From positions 3,232,001 through 3,296,000 of the forward strand of contig CBDCJO010000002.1 in NCBI GenBank assembly GCA_965217865.1: 64,000 nt of DNA, given 5' to 3'. Every line of letters starts with the position of its first letter. Within the stretch, counting starts at the first letter, position 1. The DNA is from Candidatus Latescibacterota bacterium (lineage in GTDB: Bacteria; Latescibacterota; UBA2968; SICM01). The notes under the pieces are model-generated. The model saw only the letters and a list, made by a program, of their open reading frames with translations. It searched no databases and was not told where the DNA came from. Of this stretch, positions 33,250 through 45,511 are shown piece by piece. The position numbers and the translations under genes were made by a program.

Positions 33250-33635
33250 CCATTGCCCGCTGTATGAGGATCTTCGGGGCCGCAGTAGGGTGCACGTGTT
33301 TGTTCAAACTTTTTCAGTGCATTACGGACCGTTCCACCGATATCGAAGCATGTCCCTGTGGAGCTCAGGTGGCCTTCCTTATGCCATCTGGTGTATCGTT
33401 CCAACTGGTCGACGGGATCGAAGTCATTGCAAGTGATAAGACTTTCAGCCAGACAGAGGGCCATCGAGGTGTCATCAGTCCACTGCCCGGGAACCAGACC
33501 AAAAGGCCCGCCTCCCACCATATCGTCGATAGGCTTGAATTCTCCAGGTCTGGTGAATTCGAGGGTTGTACCGAGGGCATCTCCCACGGCAAGGCCGAGA
33601 AGGCATCCTCGATAGCGTTCCCTTAATGTTAACAC
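33250..33635 (-). pseudogene. ADP-ribosylglycohydrolase, truncated
   Basis: GLAVGDALG, WTDDT, ends at AGNG. Confidence 0.88.
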
Positions 33636-34222
33636 GATCGCCAGTTAGAGATAATTCCCCCACGTTTAGCACGAAAAGGTTTGAACGGAAGGGCGTACTG
33701 AATCGATTCGCTAATTATTTACTAGAAAATGTTCAGAATCACCTTCCTGATGGACTGAAAATCATCATCCAAAAAGTTGGACCATATAATTTTCACCTGG
33801 TCTGAGAGAAATTCTAGATCTGTCTCTTGGTACTCTTTGGATTTTAGGATGTCCCTTGTGTAGATCTGTGTCCATTTTTCGCCTGGCCTACTACCTATTC
33901 CCTTGAATATACCTTTGTGCCATTTCGCGTAATCGAAGATTGTCTTCCGAATCTCCTGGTCACCTGGACCAATCAAGAACTTGAGACGGAGACTGGTTTG
34001 GGAATTCCGGAAAGTCCATGAATCCAGGGGCTACACCCATCAGTATCTCCCGGGCTACTTCTTCGGGTGTCGATTGAAGAACGGCAGGCACTTCGCTCGG
34101 GGGGACATAGGGACGTCGGGCGTTGTCAGAGGCAGCGATGTCCGAACACCATGCCAGCATGGAATAAAGCACGGCAAAGCATAATAGAAACCGGAAGACA
34201 ACTGGGAGATTCCCGGCATTCA

Positions 34223-34732
34223 TCATCGGACTACGGCCTCCTTTCTCAGAACAGAACCGTCTGGCTGAGACACTAAAAAGATCCACTTACCAACCCTCAG
34301 AGGTGGATAAAACTCTAAGATGTGGTCCCGATTCCATTCAGGATTCAGGTATCTCACTGTTCCGGGACAGACATCTGAAGGGATTTCTATTCCCCATAGG
34401 CTCACTTTGTACCCGACCAGATTGTACTTGAACAGATCAATTCTCGTCACGTCAATATGAGAAAACACCTCACATCCAGAGCCCACCCCGCCATAAAATC
34501 GTACGTGCATGGTATCAGAGACCGCCAACGGGGATGTAGTTTTCACCAGTAAGGTTCGGAATGTACCTTGTAGGGGATCAAAGACCCTCAAGGGGGATCC
34601 AACCGACACGCTGTCAACATGGATTTTATAAATCTGATCATCAGGGTCCGGTTTATCCGAGTTAAAAGGGTTAAGGCCGCAGGACACCATCAGGAAGGTC
34701 AATGAGACAAGGACCGGGATTTTTCGTCGCAT
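34223..34732 (-). CDS. Putative lipoprotein
   Basis: MRRK...LMVSC lipobox-like start with GGAG RBS. Confidence 0.6.
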   Translation of the reverse strand: MRRKIPVLVSLTFLMVSCGLNPFNSDKPDPDDQIYKIHVDSVSVGSPLRVFDPLQGTFRTLLVKTTSPLAVSDTMHVRFYGGVGSGCEVFSHIDVTRIDLFKYNLVGYKVSLWGIEIPSDVCPGTVRYLNPEWNRDHILEFYPPLRVGKWIFLVSQPDGSVLRKEAVVR

Positions 34733-35308
34733 GACCGATGCTCCTTTCTCCTCCCTTTGTGGCAATCCCGAAGAGGTCGTCAGTCCCGCCATCTTGAGCG
34801 TCCCCACTCCTCGATGATGGCCACACCGATAGAAGGTACGAGCGATCAGTGGGTTCCAGGGCCGACTCACCTCTCTGTAATTATAATATACCCTGCCATA
34901 TGGTGTCAACATCTCATTCGGCTACCTCGAAAGCTCGTTCTCTCGTTCACCTGTTGCCCGACCACATCTCCTTCCGGCGAGACACCGAACAGCACCTGCC
35001 CGCCGCTATGATTGAGCATGGCGCACACCGTTTGGGCCGCCTCGCGGCGCGTTCCCGTTGTGCTCTTGAACTCGAGCGTCTCTGATTCGTCTGTCTGGGC
35101 CAGCGATTTCGTCTGTTAAAGCGTCATGGACGAGTCCCGTTCTTACGTCGATTAGTCTGGGTTCATGGCGACAAGTAATTCCTCAAAGCAGAAACGCCTC
35201 GGAATTCGTTCCCATAGGTAGCGACAAATGTCGGCAGCTGTTCTTCAATGGACTCTTCTTCAGGTACACGAATGTGGACATTAAGCAGACGAATCCGCTG
35301 ACCTGATA

Positions 35309-35620
35309 ATGAGCTCCAACGGCTTCGGTCCGGGAGCCGGGTTCTCGGGCGGCCTCAGTGCAGGCTACGACTTGGGCAGGCTGCGCTTCGAGGTCGAACA
35401 CCTTTGCCGCTACCAAGGGGATGACGTTTCGCCCCTCCGCGCGGCGGGCGGGGGGAATGAAGTGCTGGCAGGCAAGTCCGGCGAGTGGAGTCCGGAAGAA
35501 CCGCCCTCGGAGAGAATTTCCGGTTTCCGCGCCCACCAGTTCTTCGTGAACGCATACTATGATTTCGAGAACGACTCGCCTGGAGGCCCTATGTGGGCAC
35601 AGGTGCCGGCTTGCCCGCGC
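35309..35620 (+). pseudogene. Outer-membrane beta-barrel fragment
   Basis: AGYDLGRLRFEVE, NAYYDF. Confidence 0.65.
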
Positions 35621-36658
35621 ACGGCCGCTTCCGCTGTCCGGTGAACTGCCGTAAGCTGGTGACCGGACCCACCGGATCCGGCTTCCAGTGAATACGTATC
35701 GGAAGACCTTCCCAAACGTCGAACCAGGCTGTTAAATAAGGCCGACGGGAAAAACAGAGAATCAGAGAATCCGGAGGAGATATCTCTGCTCAGCGGACGC
35801 AACCCCACGGTTGTGGTCGGACACAGGGGGAAACGCTTCGAAACAGAGAATCGGCAGAGAGGGGAAGGAGGTGGCACAAGTGTTTGTGAATACGACAGAA
35901 ACGACAAGACCCCGAAGGGGTTGCCCCACGGGGTCTGGCGTTAACGGACGACCGCCTAAGTTGGCGGATTGGAATATGGCTCCCCATATGATCCTCTCCC
36001 CGGAACCATTCTCTGTTCGCAAGACGTAACTTGCTGTATTGAACGGAGCTATCGTAATTACGCCCGCGCCGCAGACGCGGAAGACAGCGTCAAGACGACT
36101 TCCACCCTTCAGGTCAAAACAGCCACTTCTCCGACATGGGATCAGGATATCCGGGTCGTCGTTACCCGCGCTGTTCACCTTGGTGCTGACGGCGCGCCTT
36201 TCGTAGGGGCCAACACAGGCTTCACGCATCAACTCGAGAAGCCGTGGTGAGGTCGTTATCCACGTTCTGGACGCCTCACGCTGTCGGAAGCTGTGGCGGA
36301 GGAACCGTTTAACCTGAAGAAATTCTACATAGTGCGGCGTGCGGCGCAAATCTCAAATCCCCTCTTCCCACACCCGCCAAATCGCCATCACTCTTATCTT
36401 CCCCTCCATCCGCTCGTAGCTTCTGATCGCTCGGATCTGAAGCCTCCCTGGTTGACAGCTTCCGGCCAAACGGCTATATTACTCGATTGTCTGACTGCCC
36501 CTAATCGTCTTGGCTCCCAGTCTCGCGCACCCCCGGAATGCAGTGAGGGGCAAGACCACGCTCGTCGAAACCGTGGCGGGCGCGTGGGGAGCAGGAAGCC
36601 ACGCCCTTCCGGGGGGCATATCGGGTTCTCAAATATGAACAGGGAACAGAAGCAGAGT

Positions 36659-36770
36659 ATGAAGCTGGAAGATCTCCAGGCCAATGCTGCGGTGCATGGC
36701 ATCCTATCCGACTCCCTCGTCACGGTGGTCAGCGTGCAGTGGTTCGGCTCCGAAGCGCTTGAGTTGACTG
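36659..36770 (+). pseudogene. SNF2-type helicase N-terminus cut by IS256
   Basis: MKLEDLQ...VTVVSVQWFGSEALEL; helicase-like fragment also at 39760-39940 (-). Confidence 0.55.
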
Positions 36771-38078
36771 TTCCGAAGAATCTTCCTGTATTGTCTCATC
36801 GTAAGCACATCCAAAGGTCAAGTCTTAAGCGTCCTGCAAAATGCAAGCCTTCAACTGGAGGTCCAGTGAGGTTCAGGCAACGGCTACCATTTCAGCCGGT
36901 GGTGCGATCTGTCGTTCCTCATAGAGCAGCTGGAGCTGGAGCAGTTCGGTGGACGTGATGTTGATATTCTGCCACCTGGCAGCGGCACGGATGAGAACAG
37001 CATAGACGAGCTTCAGGCAACTCTTTTCGGAGAAGAATCGCGGCAATGTTTTGGTTCGGCGGCGTTCCTCGACAAAGCTGCGTTCGATCAGGTTGGTGGT
37101 GCGGGCGAACTTCCGGAGTCGCCAGGGAAGCTGGAGGTGTGCGAGGAGAGCTTCGAGGTCCTCCGTGAGACACTTGCACAGACCGGGGAACTCCTTGCTG
37201 AACTTCTCCAGAAACTCTCGCACCGCACTTTGGCCGGCCTGAAGATCCGGGGCGTCACGAATCATCACCAGATACGGCTTGATCTCATGCCAGCGCGCAT
37301 CGGGCACCTTGGCTTCAAAGTTGCGCATCCGATGCACCCAGCAGCGTCCGCGCAGACTCTTCGGCCACATCTGGTCGATGGTCTGGATAAGCCCACCGGC
37401 TCCGTCGGTCGTGACGAACAGGGGTGCCGGTAAACCACGCCGGTCGAGATCCCGGACGAACTCAAGCCATGCCTCGCCGCTTTCTTTGCTGCCCAGACCC
37501 AGGGAGATCAGAACTTTCCGGCCGTCCAGTGTGATGCCCCAGGCGCACAGCACGGCCTCCCGGGTGATGCCGTGGGTACGAAGCGGCTCGTACAGGCCGT
37601 CCAGGAACAGGCACAGGAGAGGAAAGTCGCTGAGATCGCGTTCCTGGAAGGCCTGGTATTGTTCCCAAAGGACTTCGGTGACTTCGCTGACCTTGCTGCG
37701 GCTAAGCAGGCAACGCCCCTGCTCATCAGTGAAGGCGTCCTCGATGTCCCGGGTAGACAGTCCACGCGCGTACATCCCGGTTGCCAGGCGCTGCACCATC
37801 CCTGAGTCGCCGCGCAGAAGATCGTAAAGGCTGCACCGGTAGGGCTCCTCTGGATCCCTGACCTGAGGAATCGCGACCTCGAGGCGGCCTTCGGCAGTAT
37901 CCAGATAGCCCGGCTCATAGCCGCTACGGTAGCCTCGACGACCTTCACCGCGTTTATACCGATCGACACCCAGGTGGTCCCGCTGATGCGCCTCAAAACC
38001 CTCCTGGCAGATCAGCCGGGTGGACAACTGAACTAGCTGAGTCAACGCCTCCTGGGCGCTCTCGACATCCTGGAGTCC
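36770..38078 (-). mobile_element. IS256-family element lacking its 5' end
   Basis: YRSGY, GLSTR, FLDG, TTDG, RCWVH, RTTNLIER. Confidence 0.9.
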
Positions 38079-39486
38079 TTCGCCCGATGGGACGATGCTC
38101 GCTTCCGGATCATGGGATGGCACGGTCAAGCTGTGGGAGGTTGCGACGGGCGAAAATATCGCCACCCTTGAGGGGCATACGTCTTGGGTCCGTTCCGTAT
38201 CGTTTTCGCCCGATGGGACAATGCTCGTTTCCAGGTCAGGGAAGGACAGGATTCTGCTGTGGGACGTGGCGACGGGAAATGCTGTTGCCCTGGAGGGGCA
38301 TACGTCTTGGGTCCGTTCCGTATCGTTTTCGCCCGATGGGACGATCCTCGCTATCGAGTCATGGAATGACAGGATTCTGCTGTGGGACGTTGCGGCAAGA
38401 GAAAATATCGCCACACTCAGGCATGGTGGGTCAGTCCGTTCCGTATCGTTTTCGCCCGATGGGACGATTCTCGCTTCAGGGTCAAATGATAGAACGGTCA
38501 GGCTGTGGGAGGTTGCGACGGGCGAAAATATCGCCACCCTGGAGGGGCATACGAATCGGATCAGGTCCGTATCGTTTTCGCCCGATGGGACGATTCTCGC
38601 TTCAGGGTCAAATGATAGAACGGCCAAGTTGTGGGAGGTTGCGACGGGCGAAAATATCGCCACCCTGGAGGGGCATACGTCTTCGGTCGAGTTTTTATCG
38701 TTTTCGCCCGATGGGACGATTCTCGCTTCCGGGGCATATGATAGAACGGTCAGGCTGTGGGAGGTTGCGACGGGCGAAAATATCGCCACCCTTGAGGGGC
38801 ATACATCTTGGGTCACTTCCGTGTCGTTTTCGCCCGATGGGACAATGCTCGTTTCCGGGTCAGGGGATGGCAGGATTCTGCTGTGGGACGTTGCGGCAAG
38901 AGAAAATATCGCCACTCTCAGGCATGGTGGGTCAGTCCAATCGGTGTCGTTTTCGCCCGATGGGACGACTTTCGCTTCCATAGCAGGGGATGGCACGGTC
39001 AGGCTGTGGGACGTTGCGGCAAGAGAAAATATCGCCACTCTCAGGCATGGTGGGTTCGTCCAATCGGTGTCGTTTTCGCCCGATGGGACGATTCTCGCTT
39101 CCGGGGCAGATGATGGCGTTGTCAAGCTATGGGGCGTGGCGACAAGAGAAAATATCGCCACCCTTAAGGGGCATACGTCTGGGGCCGGGCTCCATTCCGT
39201 GCCGTTTTCCCCCGATGGGACAATGCTCGTTTCCGGGTCAAGTGATGGCACGATTCTGCTGTGGGATATGTCGCCGTACAGCACACCTCAAGCCCCTAAT
39301 TCCGACTTTGATGGCGATGGTACTGTTGACCTTGCCGACTTTTTCCGGTTTGCCGAACAGTTTGGATCAAGTCAAGGCGATAAGGGATATGAAGCGCGGT
39401 ATGATCTGGATGGGGATGACATAATTGGGCTTGGTGATTTTTTTATCTTTGCCAACGACTTCGGCAAGGAAGCGTCATCAAATTGA
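38079..39486 (+). pseudogene. WD40-repeat protein with C-terminal dockerin/EF-hand-like domain, 5' truncated
   Basis: 10 FSPDG...LW repeats (first partial), DFDGDGTVDLADFF. Confidence 0.9.
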
Positions 39487-39939
39487 CCTGTCTGTCCGTG
39501 CAGGCGGATGTCTTTCACTTGAGAAGAGCATAACCCGATGCAAAAAACCGTTCTTCGCCTCACCTCACCAATCAGATTGAGTGCTTGCCTTTTCGCGTTG
39601 ACCGGTTTCTTTCCCGGACCGTCTCTGGGCCTCCCTCGGGTGGACACTCTGAACGGATCGCGCCACGCCAATATGCCGACGACGGCGTGTGGCGGGTTGC
39701 CTGGAGGACTCCAACGGAAAACCTTGCTTCCTGAAAAACGGGAGTTCCTGTCGAGATCGACGGCTCGCGCCCGGGGGTCGTCGCCCTGTGAGGCGGCCCG
39801 GGCGCTCTGCCGTTTCACGAAACGCGTGATCTTCTGATACAGCTCGAACTCGGGACCATCGATGGCGAAGTCGGCGGTGCGCGGGATGCGCTTGGTGAAG
39901 ACCGGCTTCGCGGTCCATGTTCCGTCCGTCTGACGATCC

Positions 39940-40055
39940 CCCCGGAATGCCTGCCGGGTGGCGCGCATCTCCGAGCGGGCTTTCTACAACTGGCTCAAAC
40001 GGGGCGAGATGGCGAAGTCTGGGCGATTTCTGGAGTTTTTGGAGTCCCTAAAAAA
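39940..40055 (+). pseudogene. HTH / terminase-small-subunit-like fragment
   Basis: NACRVARISERAFYNWLKRG; paralogs at ~43240-43310 and 62404-62842. Confidence 0.55.
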
Positions 40056-40272
40056 GGGGAATTATATACAATAGTGCCAATATTCGTGTTGGCGTACAGC
40101 GTTCCCAATATGCGATGCCTACGAAAAAAGAATTGGAAGAACGCATTCATCTTCCAGGCCCATCACCAGAAGCCGTTGCTCAATCAGTGATGCGTGGCGG
40201 TGCTAAACGTCGGATTGAAACTGTAAAATCTAAAAAGCAACTCCTCGCCGGCACTATCGTATATAATTCCCC
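40056..40272 (+). mobile_element. IS1595-like mini-element with small ORF (40115-40291)
   Basis: 22/23 bp IR GGGGAATTATATAC(A/G)ATAGTGCC; no target duplication. Confidence 0.65.
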
Positions 40273-40470
40273 TTTGATTTCCTATTCGTAGAGTTCCGTT
40301 AAAATATAATCTTCCGCCGTGCGCTCGGCAAGTTTGTGCAGTCCCTAAAAGGGGCGAGGCGCCGACACAGGCGCCTTATCCTCTGTGGGAAAGCGTACCC
40401 GCGCTTCCGTCACCAGGGACTCCCAGGCCAAACGGAGAAATGCCGTAGGATGCCCGCGAGACTAGCTGAT

Positions 40471-41508
40471 TTAGGCCGATTGTGGTCGCGAACTGTCAAT
40501 CTCGATCATTTGCAAATTCTTCTCTTTAAAAAACTTCGTCAAGGCTTGGGTGTACTCGTTCATGGGTGCCAGATCGACAATCCTTGACAACTCCTGACCT
40601 GATCGGGTCAAAGCAACGCCGTGTATCCTAAGCTCTTGGCCTATAGCTCGTTCGGTGGTCGACAACAAAACCCAATTTCGACCCTGAAAACTGAAAGGAA
40701 TACCCACCTTGACCGGGTTCCGTCCGGACGGAAAGACGCCTGCGCACAAGCTATAGTTAAACCAAGAGTTGTAGTCGGAGATTACGAGTCCATGCTCGTT
40801 GAGCACATTGAGGTTGCCAAAAGAGAGTCCGTACTCTCGCAACGCATTGCGTCCCGCATTACCACCCAATGAAGGAACTCTAGCATCAATGAACTGATTC
40901 CCATCCGGCCTGAGCGATATACAAGTGGAGCAGAGCTTCCCAAAAAGTCTAGCCGTCGCTTGGTCAAGATTTTTCAGAATGCTTAGAGTCTGAATGGACG
41001 TACTCCCAGGTTTTTCAACCTCGCCAGCGAGCACTTTCGCCCAAAGCAATTGCATCTCTTCCGAAGATACGTCCTGTATGTCGTTAAAGAATCGCGCCGT
41101 CCAGTCGTGATCGGGTTTATGATCAGAAACTTCCTTGTCGCCAAGCTCATCGGCCGTGACCTCCACGACGGATCTGGTATTTGCTAGGCGTTTTCGTCCT
41201 TGAAACTCAATTGACTGGGTAATGTCTTCACGGGTGATTTCCACCACGCCGCGTCCTGACTCAATCGTCGTGTCAATGGACTGCCGAGCCTGCGCCTGTG
41301 CCTCGGCGATGATCTGCAAGGAATGGGCGTTTGATTCCGTTTCAACGCGATGCACTTCCGCATCGATGCGGGCGGAGGTGAGTCTTGCCTTTCCTTCTTG
41401 GGATGCTCTCCAATTGGCTATCATCGGTCCGGCGATCGCTCCGACTCCGCTGGCGACATAATCCAAGAGTTTTTCTAGCCCAAGAACTCGTAGTACGTTC
41501 ACATCCAT
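40471..41508 (-). CDS. DUF2806-family protein
   Basis: DWTARFF...SSEEMQLLWAKVLAGEV..PG.S..TL. Confidence 0.85.
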   Translation of the reverse strand: MDVNVLRVLGLEKLLDYVASGVGAIAGPMIANWRASQEGKARLTSARIDAEVHRVETESNAHSLQIIAEAQAQARQSIDTTIESGRGVVEITREDITQSIEFQGRKRLANTRSVVEVTADELGDKEVSDHKPDHDWTARFFNDIQDVSSEEMQLLWAKVLAGEVEKPGSTSIQTLSILKNLDQATARLFGKLCSTCISLRPDGNQFIDARVPSLGGNAGRNALREYGLSFGNLNVLNEHGLVISDYNSWFNYSLCAGVFPSGRNPVKVGIPFSFQGRNWVLLSTTERAIGQELRIHGVALTRSGQELSRIVDLAPMNEYTQALTKFFKEKNLQMIEIDSSRPQSA

Positions 41509-41554
41509 AGTCTTTATTCGCCCCGCTGTCCCGATACGTTCCCACGCAGTCTAT

Positions 41555-43080
41555 CAGCCCGTTGAAGAACTACCTTTCAACGCACATAAACGGAAAAGAC
41601 GCCTGGAGTGCGGGTCAGATAAATCAAGGTAAGGAGATTGAGCAGGAGACGCTGATAAGAGGTTAAAAAGGTAACCGAGGGCAGCAAACGTGATTGTAGG
41701 ACGAGCAGTAGACGCTGCAAGGCCTTGGCCAGGTCCTGGAGGGCCTTCGGAGTACCTACGCCCATCACTTTGCGCATGAGCAGAGCCAGGTTGCAGCCCC
41801 CGATGTGGATCAGCAAACGCTTGAGGATATTGCCGCGGTCTCTCAAGTGCAACCTGCGCATGCCACCGGTATCATATGTGTGAGCGATGGTTCTTTCCAC
41901 CCGTTCTGCACGACTTCGGCGCAAGGCCTTGCCGCGATCTCCCTTGATCCGGCGTCGATTCGCATATACCGCGGCCTGCTCATCTCGTCGGCCGTTCCAC
42001 TTGCGGCGTCCCCGATCCGGTTCTGAAATGTAACTCCGGATGCCGCCTTGCTTCAGACTGGTCAATACATCGTTGCTATGATATCCTTTGTCCGCAACCA
42101 CCTCCCGTATACGCTGTCTGTGCAAACGTTTGGCAGCTTTTTCGTCCTTCGCGACCTGCTTGAGATTGAGCTGCGCCTCGAGCAGCGTCCAGGGCAACGA
42201 CTCGGTATCTCCTTCATCTGCTCCCGACAACGCCACTGCCACAATGGCATTGGTGTCCAGATCCACCGCGTGCTCCACCTTGTGCGCCATGTGCGTGCGA
42301 CCGTCCTTCATCTTAGCGATCTTGGCATCCGGGTCGTGCGGGTGCTCCCAGTCCTGGTTCGATCCCTTCTTCGGTCGCTTCTTATCGATCTTGGACAAGT
42401 CCTCGCGGGTAGGCGTTTCAATGCCCGAGGCCTTGGCCAGATTCTCAAGGAATGCCTGGTAGCCTTCACCCGTGTCACGGCGTACAATGCTGCGCATCGC
42501 GGCGTTGGCCTCCAGTGTCGTAGCATCCACGCCCAACGTCTTCCCCTTCACCAGACCCGCTTTGCACAAGACCCTCAGGATCCACTTGAAAACCGCTTCG
42601 TGAACTTCCAAGGGAAGCCGATGCCGGATGCGAGACAGGCTGGAATGATCCGGGGTCTGTTCGTCAAGGGCATACCCCAAAAACCGGCGCAACGTCAGCG
42701 AGTCAGATACACGCCATTCGATCCCACGTTCCGAATCAAGTCCCTCGAAATACCCAATCAAAAGCATCCGAAAATAAACCCCGGGCGGAATGCCCTTGCG
42801 ACCCATATGAGGAGCGTAATACCGCTGGCAAAGCCCCTCGACGAACTCGTCGAAGCCGTTCGCCCCCAATACCTGATTCAGCTTCTCGTAGAACGGATGA
42901 CCCGGAGATTTCACCAAAGTGTTCGATGCGATGAACAGGTTTTCCTGTCTCTGTCGTCCTCGTTTTCCCATTGCCATTTGCTCGTCCTCCCTTCTCAGTT
43001 TGAACCTGATATATCATAGGACCAAACCACAAGGAAAGACAACAGTCATCTTGGCATAAACGCACTTTTTCAACAGGCTG
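41555..43080 (-). mobile_element. IS1182/IS5-like element, full copy 2 (transposase 41577-42977)
   Basis: 1526 bp like copy 1, two substitutions noticed; flanks CTAT / CTAG. Confidence 0.93.
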
Positions 43081-43636
43081 CTAGGCAAGACCACAAGGGG
43101 ACGCGCGCTGAGATTTACATTAACTTTCCCACCAATATTCGCTTCTGGTTGTCGCTTGGCGTTCCAAAGCGAATTACTCCTCCGGCGTCTGGCGGGATTG
43201 TGTAGCGACGGATGACATGATTTTCCTCTTGTATTTGAGGAAGTTGTGGAACAGGGACGCCTGCCGGGTGGCGGGAATCAAGGAGACGACTTTTTATCGC
43301 TGGCTCCAGCATGAAGATGGCGATAGCAGGAAGAGAACAGACACCCGGATTTGGCAGCAACCTAATAGTGTTCCGCCCAAAATTTTATTACGACTTTGAA
43401 CGTTGGATTTGATTCACTTTCCGAAAAGCTTTAATAAGCTTCGCCTCGTTACTTATGCATTCGGGGTTCGCCAAAAGATTTTGAAGAACATTTCGGACTG
43501 CGTGTAAATACCACTCTTCCTGGTTGTCAAATTCCGTCCTTTCGAGAAAATTCTCAAACTCCTCTCGAAGAATCTCATAAGATCCACATGAAGCTTCCCG
43601 CGATGCCCGCTCTAGAGCAACCTGTTCTCCAAATAC

Positions 43637-44254
43637 CTCATTACCCCTCATGGGGATCAGAAACAACGGCTACGAGGTCCTCCGGACGCCTGGTTCCCCT
43701 GGCTCATTACCCCTCATGGGGATCAGAAACACGCGTCTGTTCATTCTGGTAAGTTACTGAGACAAGATCTCATTACCCCTCATGGGGATCAGAAACACCG
43801 CAAATGGAGAAAGAAACGTCACGACAAGGGCAATCTCATTACCCCTCATGGGGATCAGAAACACGCTCGCCGCTCTGTCTGCACTTTGGTCGGAAGGAAG
43901 CTCATTACCCCTCATGGGGATCAGAAACAGTGACACGTCGGGCGCAGACGGAATCGTCACGCGCTCATTACCCCTCATGGGGATCAGAAACAACCTGCGG
44001 CTCGATATACGCGGCTTGGCTCTGCAAGCTCATTACCCCTAATGGGGATCAGAAACCTGTGAATTTGTCCACCACGCTCACCACGTTAGAGATCTCATTA
44101 CCCCTCATGGGGATCAGAAACTCCTGAATAACGCGCTTGGTGTCACAATCGGATTCCTCATTACCCCTCATGGGGATCAGAAACACCCAGGATGCCGGAG
44201 CGGCGCATGAAGGCGATCCGGTGCTGCTCATTACCCCTCATGGGGATCAGAAAC
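43637..44254. CRISPR. Orphan CRISPR array, 10 repeats and 9 spacers
   Basis: 28 bp CTCATTACCCCTCATGGGGATCAGAAAC; spacers 38,38,38,38,35,37,37,35,42 bp; repeat 7 has one substitution. Confidence 0.97.
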
Positions 44255-44439
44255 AACTGGATGCGCGAAGCAGAGAGGCGTGAAAGGCGGACATTCACGG
44301 CTTCCTGCAAATCGGACCCGGCCTTCGTCAAATCGTCGTGCCAGCGGCCCTTTTGGGCGCGCACCGAAAGGGCGAGCGGCGAGAGCATGACCGTCGGCAG
44401 CGTCGCCTATTCTCGCGGCGTAGGCGTCTGACCCGAGAC

Positions 44440-44670
44440 TTGTTTCCGGGTCGTGACGCATCTTGACCGCTGGTGCTTGAAGACATTGAGCTGCGCCGGC
44501 AGGATGCCACGTTCCTGAACGCTTTGGGCGCTCAGCGTCTCCCGGATCCGACCACAGCAGGCGACTTTACACGTCGTTTCCGGCCATCGGATATCGAGAC
44601 GTTGATGGATTGCATCAACCGGGTGCGCACCCGGATCTGGAAAAAGCGCGCCAGGGGCGAACTCAAAGGG
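44440..44670 (+). mobile_element. IS1380-family internal fragment
   Basis: LEDIELRRQD, PDPTTAGDF. Confidence 0.8.
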
Positions 44671-44767
44671 ACGAAAGGGCCGCCATTTCATCGGTCGGGT
44701 AAGTGGGTGGACTTGACATTCTGGGGTCATTTGGCTATAATCATTTCGGGAGTTTTGCCAGTCATTT

Positions 44768-45111
44768 GGCAATTATATACTTGACAAAGTAAAAAGAGGA
44801 GAAATGACATGGCCAGTCACGATTTGAACGGGAGCGCTGTAAACCTTGCGAAGGCGTTTCAAAACGTGATTGTTGAAGCCATTGCGTCGATACGTGCGGA
44901 TAATCGCCTTAAAACAAACGACGAGAACACGCAAGCTCAGTTTGCAGACCAGCGAGCCGCTACGGAAAAGAAGATTGCTGAAATCAAGTCGGATATGGTT
45001 GAACTCAAGCGGATCGTGATCAAAAACGGGAGTTGATCTATACGAAGCATCCCTTGAGGAATGGACCAAACACGTTTGGTTCATTATCACTTTGTCAAGT
45101 ATATAATTACC
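44768..45111 (+). mobile_element. IS1595-like non-autonomous element carrying a 75 aa ORF (44809-45036)
   Basis: 22/23 bp IR GG(C/T)AATTATATACTTGACAAAGT, 8 bp duplication AGTCATTT. Confidence 0.88.
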
Positions 45112-45511
45112 AGTCATTTAAAAGGACCGGGGGACAAGCCGCCATACTTTGGTGCGTTAGGATCACAAAACCGGCAATCTGATCTTTTGGTGGCCACCTG
45201 TTTAAGGCCAACCTTCGAATCAAGGCCTTTTCCGGCACTTCTCCCAATGCCGTGAAGACACGGATCCGGATCGCCATCAGCGTTTACGTGCTCGTCGTCA
45301 TCATCGAGAAGCGGCTGAACCTTCTCCACCACAAACTCAGCCAAACCCTCCCCATTTCCCTACCACCCTGTTTCTGCGCCGCCTCGGCACAAGTCGGATT
45401 CCGGTTGACATTCCGCTGTGGGCACATAGCTTAGAATCGTCCAAACGGTGCCCGACACAATTTCAAGAATCAGCTTGATCCATATTGAGGTGTCAAACTG
45501 GAGGAAAGTGC

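Noticed and set aside
33640-33725. Possible attC upstream of the ADP-ribosylglycohydrolase
   Set aside because: GTG rather than GTT and only a weak stem
36873-39284. 803 aa minus-strand ORF suggesting a repeat-domain transposase
   Set aside because: N-terminal half is the antisense shadow of the WD40 gene joined to a truncated IS256 transposase
38079-39300. Diversity-generating retroelement acting on the WD40 repeats
   Set aside because: No reverse transcriptase or template repeat seen; differences not restricted to adenines
43388-44461. Short ORFs with FLIPMRGNE / SLPLMGIRN repeats
   Set aside because: Translations of the CRISPR repeat
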